Position numbers and translations under genes: made by a program. Shown in pieces: positions 47,607 through 57,161 of a DNA stretch of 64,000 nucleotides. This DNA is from an uncultured bacterium. Its GTDB lineage: Bacteria; Actinomycetota; Coriobacteriia; Coriobacteriales; Coriobacteriaceae. Numbering within the stretch: position 1 is the stretch's first letter; each line of letters opens with the position of its first letter. The notes under the pieces are model-generated. The model made no database searches, had not been told where the DNA came from, and was given only the letters and a program-made list of their open reading frames with translations. Location: the NCBI GenBank assembly GCA_905214905.1, contig CAJMNK010000002.1, positions 405 to 64,404 of the forward strand, in the 5' to 3' direction.

Positions 47607-49208
47607 ATGGATCAAAGCAAGCCTTCGTTCTTTATCACGACGCCCATCTACTACGTCAACGCCGATCCGCACCTGGGCACGGCTTATTCCACCATCATCG
47701 CCGACGTTCAGGCTCGCTATCGCCGTTCCGCCGGCTATAACGTCAAGTTCCTGACCGGCATGGACGAGCACGGCGAGAAGGTCGCCGAGGCCGCAGCCAA
47801 GCATGGCATGACGCCGCAGGAGTGGACCGATAGCCAGGCCCCGCACTTCAAGGAGCTTTGGAGCAAGCTCGAGATTTCCAACGACGACTTCATCCGCACC
47901 ACCGAGCCGCGCCAACATCATGCCGTGCAGTACCTGTGGGAGCGCATGAAGGAGTCCGGCTACCTGTATAAGGGCAGCTACGACGGCTGGTATTGCGTGC
48001 CTGACGAGACCTACTTCACCGATACGCAGGTCCAGAAGGGCGACGAGGAGTACGGCAGCGTCGGTCAGCACCTGTGCCCCGACTGCCACCGTCCGCTTGA
48101 GCGCGTGCAGGAGGAGTCCTACTTCTTTAAGCTTTCCGCCTTCCAGGACAAGTTGCTCAAGCTCTATGACGAGCACCCCGACTTTGTCGAGCCTGCGTTC
48201 CGCATGAACGAGGTTCGCAGCTTTGTCGAGGGCGGCCTTAACGACCTTTCCGTGAGCCGTACGAGCTTTGACTGGGGCATTCAGGTCCCGTTTGACGAGG
48301 GCCACGTGACCTACGTGTGGTTCGATGCGCTGCTCAACTATATGACGGCCGTCGGCTACGGTGTCGACACCGACGAGGCCCGTGCCGAGCTGGCCTATCG
48401 CTGGCCCGCGCAGTTCCATATCGTGGGTAAGGACATCATCCGCTTCCACTGCGTCATTTGGCCCGCCATGCTCATGGCCATCGGCGAGGCCCTGCCCGAG
48501 CACGTCTTTGCCCACGGCTTCCTGACCGTGCGCAATGCCGAGACTGGCAAGGCCGAGAAGATGTCCAAGAGCCGCGGCAACGCCATCGCTCCGCGGGACG
48601 TTATCGACATGCTGGGCGTTGAGGGCTATCGCTACTACTTTATGACCGACGTCGTCCCCGGCACCGACGGTGCCATCAGCTTTGACCGCATGGAGCAGGT
48701 CTACAACGCCGATCTGGCCAACAGCTGGGGCAACCTCATCTCGCGTTCGCTCAACATGAGCGGCAAGTATTTTGACGGTTGCGCGCCCGCCAAGCCCGCA
48801 TCGTTCGATGCGTTCGACAACCCGCTGGCAAAGATTGCCGACGGTTTGGTCGAGCGCTACATGGCCAAGATGGACGTGCTCGATTACGGTGGAGCCAAGG
48901 ACGAGGTCATGGAGCTCATCCACGCCGCCAACCACTACATCGAGGACTCCGAGCCTTGGGCACTTGCCAAGGACGAGGCCAAGGCTGACGAGCTGGCGTT
49001 TGTGATCTACAACCTGCTCGAGGCCATCCGCATTGCCGCTCACCTGCTGATGCCGCTCATGCCCCAGACTTCTGCCGAGGCTCTGCGCCGCCTGTCCTGC
49101 GAGGACGAGGCCGCGAGCGACGACCTCAAGGGCATTTGCGCTTGGGGCTTGCTTGCTGGTGGTCAGCCCGTCGAGAAGGGCGATCCGCTGTTCCCGCGTC
49201 TGGCGTAG
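47607..49208 (+). CDS. metG: Methionine--tRNA ligase (short form)
   Basis: TTPIYYVN..PHLG, GMDEHG, YVWFDAL, GKDIIRFH, KMSKS. Confidence 0.97.
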   Translation: MDQSKPSFFITTPIYYVNADPHLGTAYSTIIADVQARYRRSAGYNVKFLTGMDEHGEKVAEAAAKHGMTPQEWTDSQAPHFKELWSKLEISNDDFIRTTEPRQHHAVQYLWERMKESGYLYKGSYDGWYCVPDETYFTDTQVQKGDEEYGSVGQHLCPDCHRPLERVQEESYFFKLSAFQDKLLKLYDEHPDFVEPAFRMNEVRSFVEGGLNDLSVSRTSFDWGIQVPFDEGHVTYVWFDALLNYMTAVGYGVDTDEARAELAYRWPAQFHIVGKDIIRFHCVIWPAMLMAIGEALPEHVFAHGFLTVRNAETGKAEKMSKSRGNAIAPRDVIDMLGVEGYRYYFMTDVVPGTDGAISFDRMEQVYNADLANSWGNLISRSLNMSGKYFDGCAPAKPASFDAFDNPLAKIADGLVERYMAKMDVLDYGGAKDEVMELIHAANHYIEDSEPWALAKDEAKADELAFVIYNLLEAIRIAAHLLMPLMPQTSAEALRRLSCEDEAASDDLKGICAWGLLAGGQPVEKGDPLFPRLA

Positions 49209-49318
49209 AGACCGCGCGAGCGCCATATCGGCAATTTGCTGTTTAGCTGTAAGGGCATGGCCGCCACGGTCCATGCCCTTTTGTTTCAAGACGCCGCCAT
49301 CATGCTAAGGAGACAACC

Positions 49319-50179
49319 ATGACAACTTCGCCTTTGGCAAACCCCACGGCCACCAGGGAGCTGCTGGAGGAGTTTGGCCTTGCGACCAAGCATCGCCTGG
49401 GCCAGAACTTTCTAATCGACAATCATGTGATCGAGCGTATCTGCGAGCTTGCCGAGCTTGCAGGTGACGAGCGCGTACTCGAGGTGGGTCCGGGTTGTGG
49501 AACGTTGACACTTGCGTTGCTGCAGGAAGCGACGTGCGTTACGTCCATTGAGGCCGATCCCGAGCTTGAGCCGGTGCTCGATGCCCACGCCGCCGACTAT
49601 GCCAACTTCCGCTTTATCATGGGCGACGCGCTCAAGGTGGGCCCGGAGCAGATTGAGCAGGCCGCCGGCGGTGAGCCGACGGTGTTTGTCGCGAACCTGC
49701 CCTATAACGTGGCGGCGACGATCATCCTGCAGTTCTTCCAGACGATGCCGGCGCTCAAGCGCGCCGTCGTCATGGTGCAAAAGGAGGTTGCCGATCGCAT
49801 TGCCGCAGTGCCGGGCAACAAGACCTATGGCGGCTATACGGCAAAGCTTGGCCTGTATGCGCAGGTAACGGGTCGCTTTGAGGTGCCGCCGCGTTGCTTT
49901 ATGCCGGCGCCACACGTGGACTCGGCCGTCGTGCGTATCGACCGTGTTGACGGTGTGGTGCCCGAAGGGCTCGATCGCGAATTTGTGGCCCGCGTGATTG
50001 ATGCTGCATTTGCCCAGCGTCGCAAGACCATCCGCAATTCCATGAGCGCCAACGGTTTTGCCAAGGACGTGCTCGATGCCGCCTTTGAGGCTTGCGGTAT
50101 CGCACCCACCACGCGCGCCGAGACGCTCGGCGTCGCCGACTTTGTGTGCCTGGCTCGGGAGCTTTCCCATGACGCTTAA
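49319..50179 (+). CDS. rsmA: 16S rRNA adenine dimethyltransferase
   Basis: LGQNFL, EVGPGCG, ANLPYN, MVQKEVA, F.QRRKT. Confidence 0.95.
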   Translation: MTTSPLANPTATRELLEEFGLATKHRLGQNFLIDNHVIERICELAELAGDERVLEVGPGCGTLTLALLQEATCVTSIEADPELEPVLDAHAADYANFRFIMGDALKVGPEQIEQAAGGEPTVFVANLPYNVAATIILQFFQTMPALKRAVVMVQKEVADRIAAVPGNKTYGGYTAKLGLYAQVTGRFEVPPRCFMPAPHVDSAVVRIDRVDGVVPEGLDREFVARVIDAAFAQRRKTIRNSMSANGFAKDVLDAAFEACGIAPTTRAETLGVADFVCLARELSHDA

Positions 50180-51086
50180 TGCCGAACGCGTGACGTTTAC
50201 CAAGAAAAAGAAGACGGTTGCTTGTCCCGTGCCCTTGGCACCGCTTGCCGACACACATGCGCATCTGCTTTCGTTCTGGGGCAAGGATGTGCCCGAGACA
50301 CTCGTGCGTGCCAAGGCGGCAGGCATCGACCTGTTGGTGACGGTCTTCGACCCCATCGCCGACAAGCGCAGCGTGACGGACTATAGCGACTGGCTGACGC
50401 GCGAAATTCTGCCGATGCAGGATATCCCGCAGATCAAGTATCTTGCCGGCGTGCATCCGTATGGCGCGCCGGACTATACCGACGACATTCACGCGCAGGT
50501 TGTTGCTGCGCTTGATGACCCTTTGTGTGCCGGTATTGGCGAAATCGGTCTGGACTACCACATGGATTACGACGACGACATCACGCCGGCGCCCCACAGC
50601 GTGCAGATTGATTGCATGGCGCGCCAGCTCGAGCTTGCCGTGTGTCGTAACGTGCCGGTGGAGCTGCATCTGCGTCACGAGGACATGGACCAGGAGCGTA
50701 CCTCGCACGTGGACGCCTACAACGTGCTGCGCGAGGTGGGTGTGCCTCAGGCCGGTTGCGTGCTGCACTGCTTTGGCGAGGACCGCGCCACGATGGAGCG
50801 CTTTGTGGAGCTGGGCTGCTATATCGCCTATGGTGGTGCGGCCACCTTTAAGCGCAACGACGACGTGCGCGAGGCATTTGCGGCAACCCCACTCGATCGA
50901 ATTTTGTTCGAGACGGATTGCCCGTATATGGCTCCGGAGCCCATCCGCGGTCTTGAATGCGAGCCCGCAATGATCTCCATTACGGCAAACGCGCTGGTTA
51001 ACGACCGTGTCGATCGCACTGGTGAGGACGCCGAAACAATCGCGCATGCCGCTTGGGAAAATGCCTGCAAACTTTTTCAAAAATAG
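50169..51086 (+). CDS. tatD: TatD family hydrolase
   Basis: DTHAH, GVHP, IGEIGLDY, VLHCF, ETDCPY. Confidence 0.93.
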   Translation: MTLNAERVTFTKKKKTVACPVPLAPLADTHAHLLSFWGKDVPETLVRAKAAGIDLLVTVFDPIADKRSVTDYSDWLTREILPMQDIPQIKYLAGVHPYGAPDYTDDIHAQVVAALDDPLCAGIGEIGLDYHMDYDDDITPAPHSVQIDCMARQLELAVCRNVPVELHLRHEDMDQERTSHVDAYNVLREVGVPQAGCVLHCFGEDRATMERFVELGCYIAYGGAATFKRNDDVREAFAATPLDRILFETDCPYMAPEPIRGLECEPAMISITANALVNDRVDRTGEDAETIAHAAWENACKLFQK

Positions 51087-51129
51087 TTCTTGCGTTCGCG
51101 GTGGCGCTCCGTTATTCTAATTCCTGCAC

Positions 51130-51216
51130 GCGGGCGTGGCGGAATTGGCAGACGCGTACGGTTCAGGTCCGTATGGGGGCAACCCCATGAAGGTTCAAGT
51201 CCTTTCGCCCGCACCA
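51130..51216 (+). tRNA. tRNA-Leu(CAG)
   Basis: GCGGGCGTGGCGGAATTGGCAGACGCGTACGGTTCAGGTCCGTA...GGTTCAAGTCC...CGCACCA, with a long variable arm. Confidence 0.97.
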
Positions 51217-51378
51217 TTGATTGAAAGAGCTCCCAGCAATGGGAGCTTTTTTATTAGGCTCTGTTAGACCAGAATTGACATCATGCCCAGTCATCTTTAC
51301 TAATTGCAAAATATTCGCCCCTTTGCTGGATTAAAACCGGCAAAGGGGCGATACGCTCAGACTCGAACAAGTTAATCG

Positions 51379-54036
51379 TTAGGACTCTGTCGTCTCATCC
51401 CACTCGTCATCCGCATGCAAGATGGCATCAAGTTCGTTTTCGATATCGGAAACGCCAATATAGGCCTTTGCGATATTCTCCCGTGCATTTCGCACCTTTA
51501 AGGCAATCTCCTTCTGCTTCTCTATGGGAGGGTAATAGACGAGCACCTTCCCAAAGTCAGAAGACTGCGTTCTCCTTCGATTGCTGTGGCCGGTGTTGAT
51601 GGCGCGGAATGCCTTTTGGAAGCGGCGGCTTCTCAAGAGTATCGACAGGAACTCCGGATCGATGACGTTTGGGTCTTTGACCCGCAAGATCGGATATTCT
51701 TGCGTTACGAGGGCATGATCGAATTCCTCGGTGACGAAGCATACGACACCCTTCCATAGGTCGATTCCAGAGTAGACGATGTCGGAGGTTCTTACTTCAA
51801 ACCAGTCGCTGCTTGAGTCGTAGAAATACATCCCTCGCCATTCGGGAGGGTTGTTTCCGACACCCGGTTCCCTAAGCCTTGCAACACCAGTTTGGGAAAG
51901 AGTTAAGACCTTGTACTCCTTCATCGGCTCTTCCCCGAAGTCCACGTTCCTTCTCATCCGCTTCACAAGGTTCATCATGGGAGCAGATGACCAGCCCTGC
52001 GGCACGTAATCGCCCTTATGGGCCACGTAGACATGGTATTTCGGATCCACCCTATGACTCGAATGGCTTCTCCATACTGACGAAGCCCTCTCGACGACGC
52101 ATCTCGGATCGGAAACCGCCCCGTTTTCTTCCCAGACATTCCACTCTCCCAATATCGAGCCAGTCTGATCGTTTGAAAGATAACCGTTCTCGTCGGCGAC
52201 ATAGAGGTCGTTTCGAGGATCAGGGCGACCAGATGGTGTGTATCCGATATGGGATGCCTCTCCAAAAAAGATGTTATAGTCCAGCCCGCTGTCCATGAGG
52301 GCGGCCGCAATATCTCCTTCACATGCTTCCAGTCGATTGTTCAATCTAGCCGATTCCAGGTCGGAAAACTTTTCAAAAATCAATATCGAAGTCTTGTTCG
52401 TAGCTCCTGACCTGCGAAAAGCGAAGTCTGGAAGGGAGATCACGGACAGTATCCTCCCCGATTTAAAGAGCCATTCACGAAGGGCCGGACAATTTGATTG
52501 AGACCCGCTGTTGTTGAGAACACCATCGGGCAGGACCATACCGAGCCTGCCGCCCGGCTTGAGCCAGGAAACGCTTTTCTCCAGGATGATTTGCTCTGAC
52601 TGTATTGAGTGCTTTCCGCGGCCCAGGACGTAGTCATCCAGGCTTGCGCCGTCAAGCTGATCTTCATCTCCATCTGCGACCTTGGTTCCGAAGGGCGGAT
52701 TACCCACGATCAGGTCGAACTGACGATCCTTCTGGAGTTTCGGCTTGCTCAGGTTCGGGCTGAGGCAGCTCTTGTCGGCCTCGATATTCGTGTGTCCATC
52801 GTGGTGCAGAAGCAAGCTGATTTTGCAGATTCTAGCCAGAGTCGGGTGAATTTCGATTCCGTAAACGTTCTGCGCGGCAAAATCTGATTTGATTCTCGCG
52901 AGGTTCCCCTGTCCGGCAAAGCCCGCATCGGTATCGTTCCATACCTGAAGGAGAGTTTCGAGCAAAAAGCCTCCCGAGCCACAAGTCGGATCTAGAACGT
53001 AATCTTCGCTCGTGGGATTGAGCATCCCGACTGTGAACCTCGCTATCTGTCTCATGGTGAAATACTGTCCGAGGCTTCCGCGGAAGACCGATCCGAAGAA
53101 ATCCTCGAAGGCCGTTCCGATGACGTCAGAATCTGTATCGATGAACGAAATCTCCTGAATGACGCGAACGACCTGAGCGACCTTGCTGTCTGGAAGATCG
53201 ATTTTTTCATCACGCGGGAAAATGGCCTGATCTTGCTCTTTGGCGTCGCTGAATAGCTTGTGGACCCTCGTGGCGATAGCCGAGTCGGGCTCGTTGATGC
53301 CCGCTTGGAACGAGCGGGGGTGGCCGTTTCGCGTGTAGCGCTCGTCGCGGACTTTGGCGAACATCAGCTTGCTCCACTCATCGAAAGCCGATAGCGGATC
53401 GCGTTTTCCTCCAGCCCAAATGATGGAGTGCGCGCGCCTGATGGCGATGCTGATATCAAAGGCGCTCGCCGGCTTAATATCCATTTCCGTGCCCGCGTGA
53501 AACGGATACACCATATCCTGAGAGTAGTTCCTCGGAAGAAGTTCTCTATCGCCCAGCTTATTTCTCCTGCGCTCCCTAGCGCCGAAGCCCTCGAGCTGCC
53601 AGACGCACGACTCGTCGCCGTAGTCCTTCATGGAGTATTTTGCACCCAGCGCGATACCGTTGGCGAAGGCCTGCGCTTCCCCTTCCGCCTTTTCAGCCGG
53701 AGTCGCACCCTCTTTTTTGTTCTCGACGACTAACCAGGGCTTCGTGCATCTGTCGTCTTCGTAGAGCACGATATCCGCGAAATCGTTGTGCGAGCCCTCC
53801 ACCTCGGTATCGATCTTTCGCGAATCATAGCCTTTCGACAGGACCAGAAACGCAATGGTGTCGGCCCTGACTTTTTCTTCGGGATCGCCGATCTGATAGC
53901 TTTTCGTCCTGCGGAAGGAATACTTTATCTGAGTGCCGTCCAGCGAGAAGAGCCCGCGCATGATTGCAGTTTTCGATAGCTCCGACAATCCGAGCGAAGA
54001 GGCCAGTGTCAGCTGCGTTTCAAGTTGATTTGCCAA
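51379..54036 (-). CDS. Fused restriction endonuclease-N6 adenine methyltransferase-specificity protein (type IIG/IIC-like)
   Basis: N-terminal EEKVR...ADIVLY...VVENK (HsdR-N-like PD-(D/E)xK), GQYFT, DPTCGSGGFL, NPPF and a C-terminal HsdS/TRD-like region. Visibly lower GC than the host genes. Confidence 0.88.
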   Translation of the reverse strand: MANQLETQLTLASSLGLSELSKTAIMRGLFSLDGTQIKYSFRRTKSYQIGDPEEKVRADTIAFLVLSKGYDSRKIDTEVEGSHNDFADIVLYEDDRCTKPWLVVENKKEGATPAEKAEGEAQAFANGIALGAKYSMKDYGDESCVWQLEGFGARERRRNKLGDRELLPRNYSQDMVYPFHAGTEMDIKPASAFDISIAIRRAHSIIWAGGKRDPLSAFDEWSKLMFAKVRDERYTRNGHPRSFQAGINEPDSAIATRVHKLFSDAKEQDQAIFPRDEKIDLPDSKVAQVVRVIQEISFIDTDSDVIGTAFEDFFGSVFRGSLGQYFTMRQIARFTVGMLNPTSEDYVLDPTCGSGGFLLETLLQVWNDTDAGFAGQGNLARIKSDFAAQNVYGIEIHPTLARICKISLLLHHDGHTNIEADKSCLSPNLSKPKLQKDRQFDLIVGNPPFGTKVADGDEDQLDGASLDDYVLGRGKHSIQSEQIILEKSVSWLKPGGRLGMVLPDGVLNNSGSQSNCPALREWLFKSGRILSVISLPDFAFRRSGATNKTSILIFEKFSDLESARLNNRLEACEGDIAAALMDSGLDYNIFFGEASHIGYTPSGRPDPRNDLYVADENGYLSNDQTGSILGEWNVWEENGAVSDPRCVVERASSVWRSHSSHRVDPKYHVYVAHKGDYVPQGWSSAPMMNLVKRMRRNVDFGEEPMKEYKVLTLSQTGVARLREPGVGNNPPEWRGMYFYDSSSDWFEVRTSDIVYSGIDLWKGVVCFVTEEFDHALVTQEYPILRVKDPNVIDPEFLSILLRSRRFQKAFRAINTGHSNRRRTQSSDFGKVLVYYPPIEKQKEIALKVRNARENIAKAYIGVSDIENELDAILHADDEWDETTES

Positions 54037-54234
54037 CTATCTCACCGTTTTTCCGTCAGATGCCGGTGTCTTGACCTTCATCTCGAACGGCATCCCGCCC
54101 TCGCGGACGAGCGCCTTGAGGAACGCATTGACGGCGGTGGACATGGACAGGCCGAGCTCGTCAAGGATGACTGTGGCCTCTTTTTTGACCTCCGGTTCGA
54201 TACGAATCGTCGTGGCCGGTATGTTCGACGGCAT
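54037..54234 (-). CDS. RelB/DinJ family antitoxin-like protein (no toxin adjacent)
   Basis: TIRIEPEVKKEA..IL..LGLSMSTAVNAFLKALVREGGMPF. Confidence 0.85.
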   Translation of the reverse strand: MPSNIPATTIRIEPEVKKEATVILDELGLSMSTAVNAFLKALVREGGMPFEMKVKTPASDGKTVR

Positions 54235-54280
54235 GGTTGTACCTTTCCTCGTATATCACGGTGCAACCATTTTATCGTCT

Positions 54281-55336
54281 CTATGCGGCGGATGCGACCC
54301 AGTAGTCCATATAGGGCGGCAATACGTTGAACATGTCGCGGATGCGGGTCGCGCAGGTGCCGTTGGCGAGCTGACGGGCGACCGTGGACTCCGCGGTGCG
54401 GGAGTCGGTCGCCATGAAGGTGCGGCACCAGCGGAACCAGTCGAGGTAGGCGGCGAGGTGCTTGGTGGACACGCCCTTGAAGCGTGCCATGAACGATTCG
54501 AGGAGCGAATGGACGGTATTGATGCGGTTGATGGTGCCCTCCGAGCGGTCCTTGGAGTCATAGGACTCATGCGAGGCGACCTTCAGGTCGTGCAACACGT
54601 CGATGTATGCGGTCGCCTTGTCCGTGGCGACGACCGCGCCCGCGCCGATGCGGTCGCGAAGGGCCTCAGCCGCACGCTTGCGCGAGACCACGCCGCGCCC
54701 CGAGACCTCGAAGAAGGTGGCGTTCGTGTCGCTGATACCCGTCATGACGCAGATCTGCTCGCGGGAGAGGCCGCGCTTGTGGACCTGCTTGCCGCGGTGG
54801 CGAGCCTTTCTCGGCAGAGTGAAGGAGCCCTTTGAATGGTTGCCCTTGAAGGACTCGGGGAAGTATGTTTCGTCGAGTTCGCAGGCCTGCCCCTGCCCCA
54901 CATGGAACGTGGGCGAATATTCCTTCAGGCACTCGATGAGCCTGTGGCGCATGGTGTAGGCGGTCTTGAGGCAGACACCGCAGCGGCCGGCGCACTCGCG
55001 GAGAGGGAGCATGAGGACGAAGCACTCGGCATAGGCCATCCAGGTCTCGCGGGGCAGCTTGCTCGTGCCGAGGATCCGGTCGGTGGAGCCTGAAAACGTC
55101 CTGCCGCAGTCGCGGCAGAGGTAGCGCTGCTCACCGTTCCTGGACTTGCCCTTTTTAACGATAGCGACCGAACCGCAACGTGGGCAACGCTGGATTTCGT
55201 AGCTAGTTCCCGCTGCATCGTCGAACATGGCGGCACGGATGACGTCGCGTACCGACTCGATTGCGCGGCGGCGCTCGGACTTGCTGAGCTTCGCCATGTT
55301 CTTCTTGAGGGTGATGACCAGATCCTCGGCGTTCAT
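54281..55336 (-). CDS. IS1595 family transposase
   Basis: Zn finger CPRCGS...RYLCRDCGRTF, HTH, and ELDETYF / TDKATAY / INRINTVHS catalytic motifs. Confidence 0.92.
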   Translation of the reverse strand: MNAEDLVITLKKNMAKLSKSERRRAIESVRDVIRAAMFDDAAGTSYEIQRCPRCGSVAIVKKGKSRNGEQRYLCRDCGRTFSGSTDRILGTSKLPRETWMAYAECFVLMLPLRECAGRCGVCLKTAYTMRHRLIECLKEYSPTFHVGQGQACELDETYFPESFKGNHSKGSFTLPRKARHRGKQVHKRGLSREQICVMTGISDTNATFFEVSGRGVVSRKRAAEALRDRIGAGAVVATDKATAYIDVLHDLKVASHESYDSKDRSEGTINRINTVHSLLESFMARFKGVSTKHLAAYLDWFRWCRTFMATDSRTAESTVARQLANGTCATRIRDMFNVLPPYMDYWVASAA

Positions 55337-55555
55337 ACCTGTTCCAATGCCGTGGTTAACAATTATATTATACCACGGTGACATCACCTATATGTCAATT
55401 ATGGTCTAACAGAGCCTTTTATTATGGGCCCATCGCAGGGACTTGAACCTGCGAAGGAGCGAGCGTCAAGAAAACGCGGAGCGTTTTTAGCGAGCTGGCG
55501 AGTCCGCCGGCAGGCGGGCGAAGCCGGTGCGGATCCGCGAAGCGGATACGCGGAC

Positions 55556-55613
55556 GTCCTTTCGCCCGCACCATGGATTGAAAGAGCTCCCAGCAATGGG
55601 AGCTTTTTTGTTA
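55556..55613 (+). repeat. Duplicate of the tRNA-Leu 3' end plus terminator
   Basis: 58 bp matching 51199-51256 with 2 mismatches (GTCCTTTCGCCCGCACCA...AGCTCCCAGCAATGGGAGCTTTTTT). Confidence 0.9.
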
Positions 55614-55672
55614 TGCACGATCTCCTTGGACGGGTATCCTAATGCCAACGTGTGCCTATCAGAGGAGAGACC

Positions 55673-56611
55673 ATGCTGTTTTCCGGTATCATCGCCGCCC
55701 TTACCAGCCTTTTGATTCCCATCATCATCCTGTTGTTGCTGCTCCCCAACGCCTGCTACGTCGTTGAGCAGCAGCACGCTGTGATCATCGAGCGCTTGGG
55801 TAAGTTCAATCGTATCGTCAACGCGGGCTTCCACGTGAAGGTGCCCGTGATTGACTGCAAGGCCGCCACGGTGAGTCTGCGCACCATGAAAAATGGTTTT
55901 GGCATCGACGTTAAGACCCAGGACAACGTGACCATTGGCCTTGAGGTCTCCGCTCAGTACCACGTGAGCTATGACATGGGCGCCGGCCCGGCAGATTCGG
56001 GCATCTACAAGAGCTACTATATGCTGCAGGAGCCCGTCGACCAGATGCGCGACTTCATCACCGACGCCCTGCGCTCCTCCATCCCCGTCTACACACTCGA
56101 TGAGGTCTTTGCCAAGAAGGATGACATCGCCAAGGATGTCAACGCTACCGTTTCCGAGCAGATGGCCGCCTACGGCTTCACCCTCGTGTCGACGCTCATC
56201 ACTAAAATCGCACTGCCGACCGAGGTCGAGAACTCCATGAACGACATCAACGCCGCCCAGCGCAAGCGCGCTGCGGCACAGGAGCTCGCCGAGGCCGACC
56301 GCATCAAGCGCGTCACCGAGGCAACCGCCGAGGCCGAGGCTATGGAAAAGGCGGGCGAGGGCATCGCCAACCAGCGCAAGGCCATCGCGCTGGGTATCAA
56401 AGATTCGCTCGAGATCATCCAGGAGACGGGTGTCGGCAATGACGAGGCCAACCAACTGTTCATGTTTACGCAGTGGTCCGAGATGATGACGGAGTTCGCT
56501 CGCACGGGTAAAACCTCGACGGTCGTGCTGCCGAGCGACTTTTCGCAGTCGGCCTCGATGTTCGAGCAGATGCTGGCCGCCGGCAAAGTTCAAAACGATT
56601 CGAAGGAGTAG
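55673..56611 (+). CDS. SPFH (band 7/prohibitin) domain protein
   Basis: N-terminal TM, IIERLGKF, KTQDNV, SMNDINAAQR, A.AEAE. Confidence 0.92.
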   Translation: MLFSGIIAALTSLLIPIIILLLLLPNACYVVEQQHAVIIERLGKFNRIVNAGFHVKVPVIDCKAATVSLRTMKNGFGIDVKTQDNVTIGLEVSAQYHVSYDMGAGPADSGIYKSYYMLQEPVDQMRDFITDALRSSIPVYTLDEVFAKKDDIAKDVNATVSEQMAAYGFTLVSTLITKIALPTEVENSMNDINAAQRKRAAAQELAEADRIKRVTEATAEAEAMEKAGEGIANQRKAIALGIKDSLEIIQETGVGNDEANQLFMFTQWSEMMTEFARTGKTSTVVLPSDFSQSASMFEQMLAAGKVQNDSKE

Positions 56612-56617
56612 GCGCGC

Positions 56618-57088
56618 GTGAAATACACCGTCGTTTGCGTCGGTAAGCTCAAGGAGCGCTTTTGGAAGGACGCGTGCGCTGAGTACACCAAGCGCCTAGG
56701 TGCCTATGCCAAGGTGGATATCCGCGAGGTGGCCGATATCGACCCGGCTAAGGCGGGCGGCGTGGATGCCGCGCGCGACAAGGAGGGGGCGGCGATTCTT
56801 GCCGCCTTGCCGTCTCGAGCGCATGTGATCCTGCTGGCTATCGAGGGCAAGGAGCGCTCGAGCGAGGAGTTTTCGGCGAGGCTCGACGATCTTATGCTGC
56901 GAGGCAGCAGCGACATTGCCTTTGTAATCGGCGGTTCGGACGGCGTGAGTGACGACGTGCGCGCACGAGCCGACGAGATGCTCAGCTTTGGACGCATTAC
57001 CTTGCCGCATAACCTGGCGCGTGTGGTGCTGCTGGAGCAGATTTACCGTGCCTGCAAGATCAGTCGTGGCGAGCCGTATCACAAATAG
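56618..57088 (+). CDS. rlmH: 23S rRNA (pseudouridine1915-N3)-methyltransferase
   Basis: VGKLKE, EY.KRL, FVIGGSDG, TLPHNLARVVLLEQIYRA, YHK. Confidence 0.96.
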   Translation: MKYTVVCVGKLKERFWKDACAEYTKRLGAYAKVDIREVADIDPAKAGGVDAARDKEGAAILAALPSRAHVILLAIEGKERSSEEFSARLDDLMLRGSSDIAFVIGGSDGVSDDVRARADEMLSFGRITLPHNLARVVLLEQIYRACKISRGEPYHK

Positions 57089-57161
57089 GTCGGCAATACG
57101 AAACAATGGCGTGGGACAATACCTTTCGTTTTGAGGAATGTGTCTGAAAGGACTATGCGAT

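Larger units (their letters stand above)
51257..55416 (-). mobile_element. IS1595-family element carrying passenger genes
   Basis: TIRs GGCTCTGTTAGACCAGAATTGACAT (51257-51281) and ATGTCAATTATGGTCTAACAGAGCC (55392-55416), 24/25 match; 8-bp TSD TTTTATTA at 51249-51256 and 55417-55424. Confidence 0.93.

Noticed and set aside
51199..55613. Integrase-driven genomic island at tRNA-Leu
   Set aside because: No integrase is present; the TIRs and TSD show the cargo arrived by IS1595 transposition into a pre-existing short duplication.
57060..57140. SCC-like cassette integrated at the rlmH 3' end
   Set aside because: rlmH is followed directly by proC, with no recombinase or att duplication.
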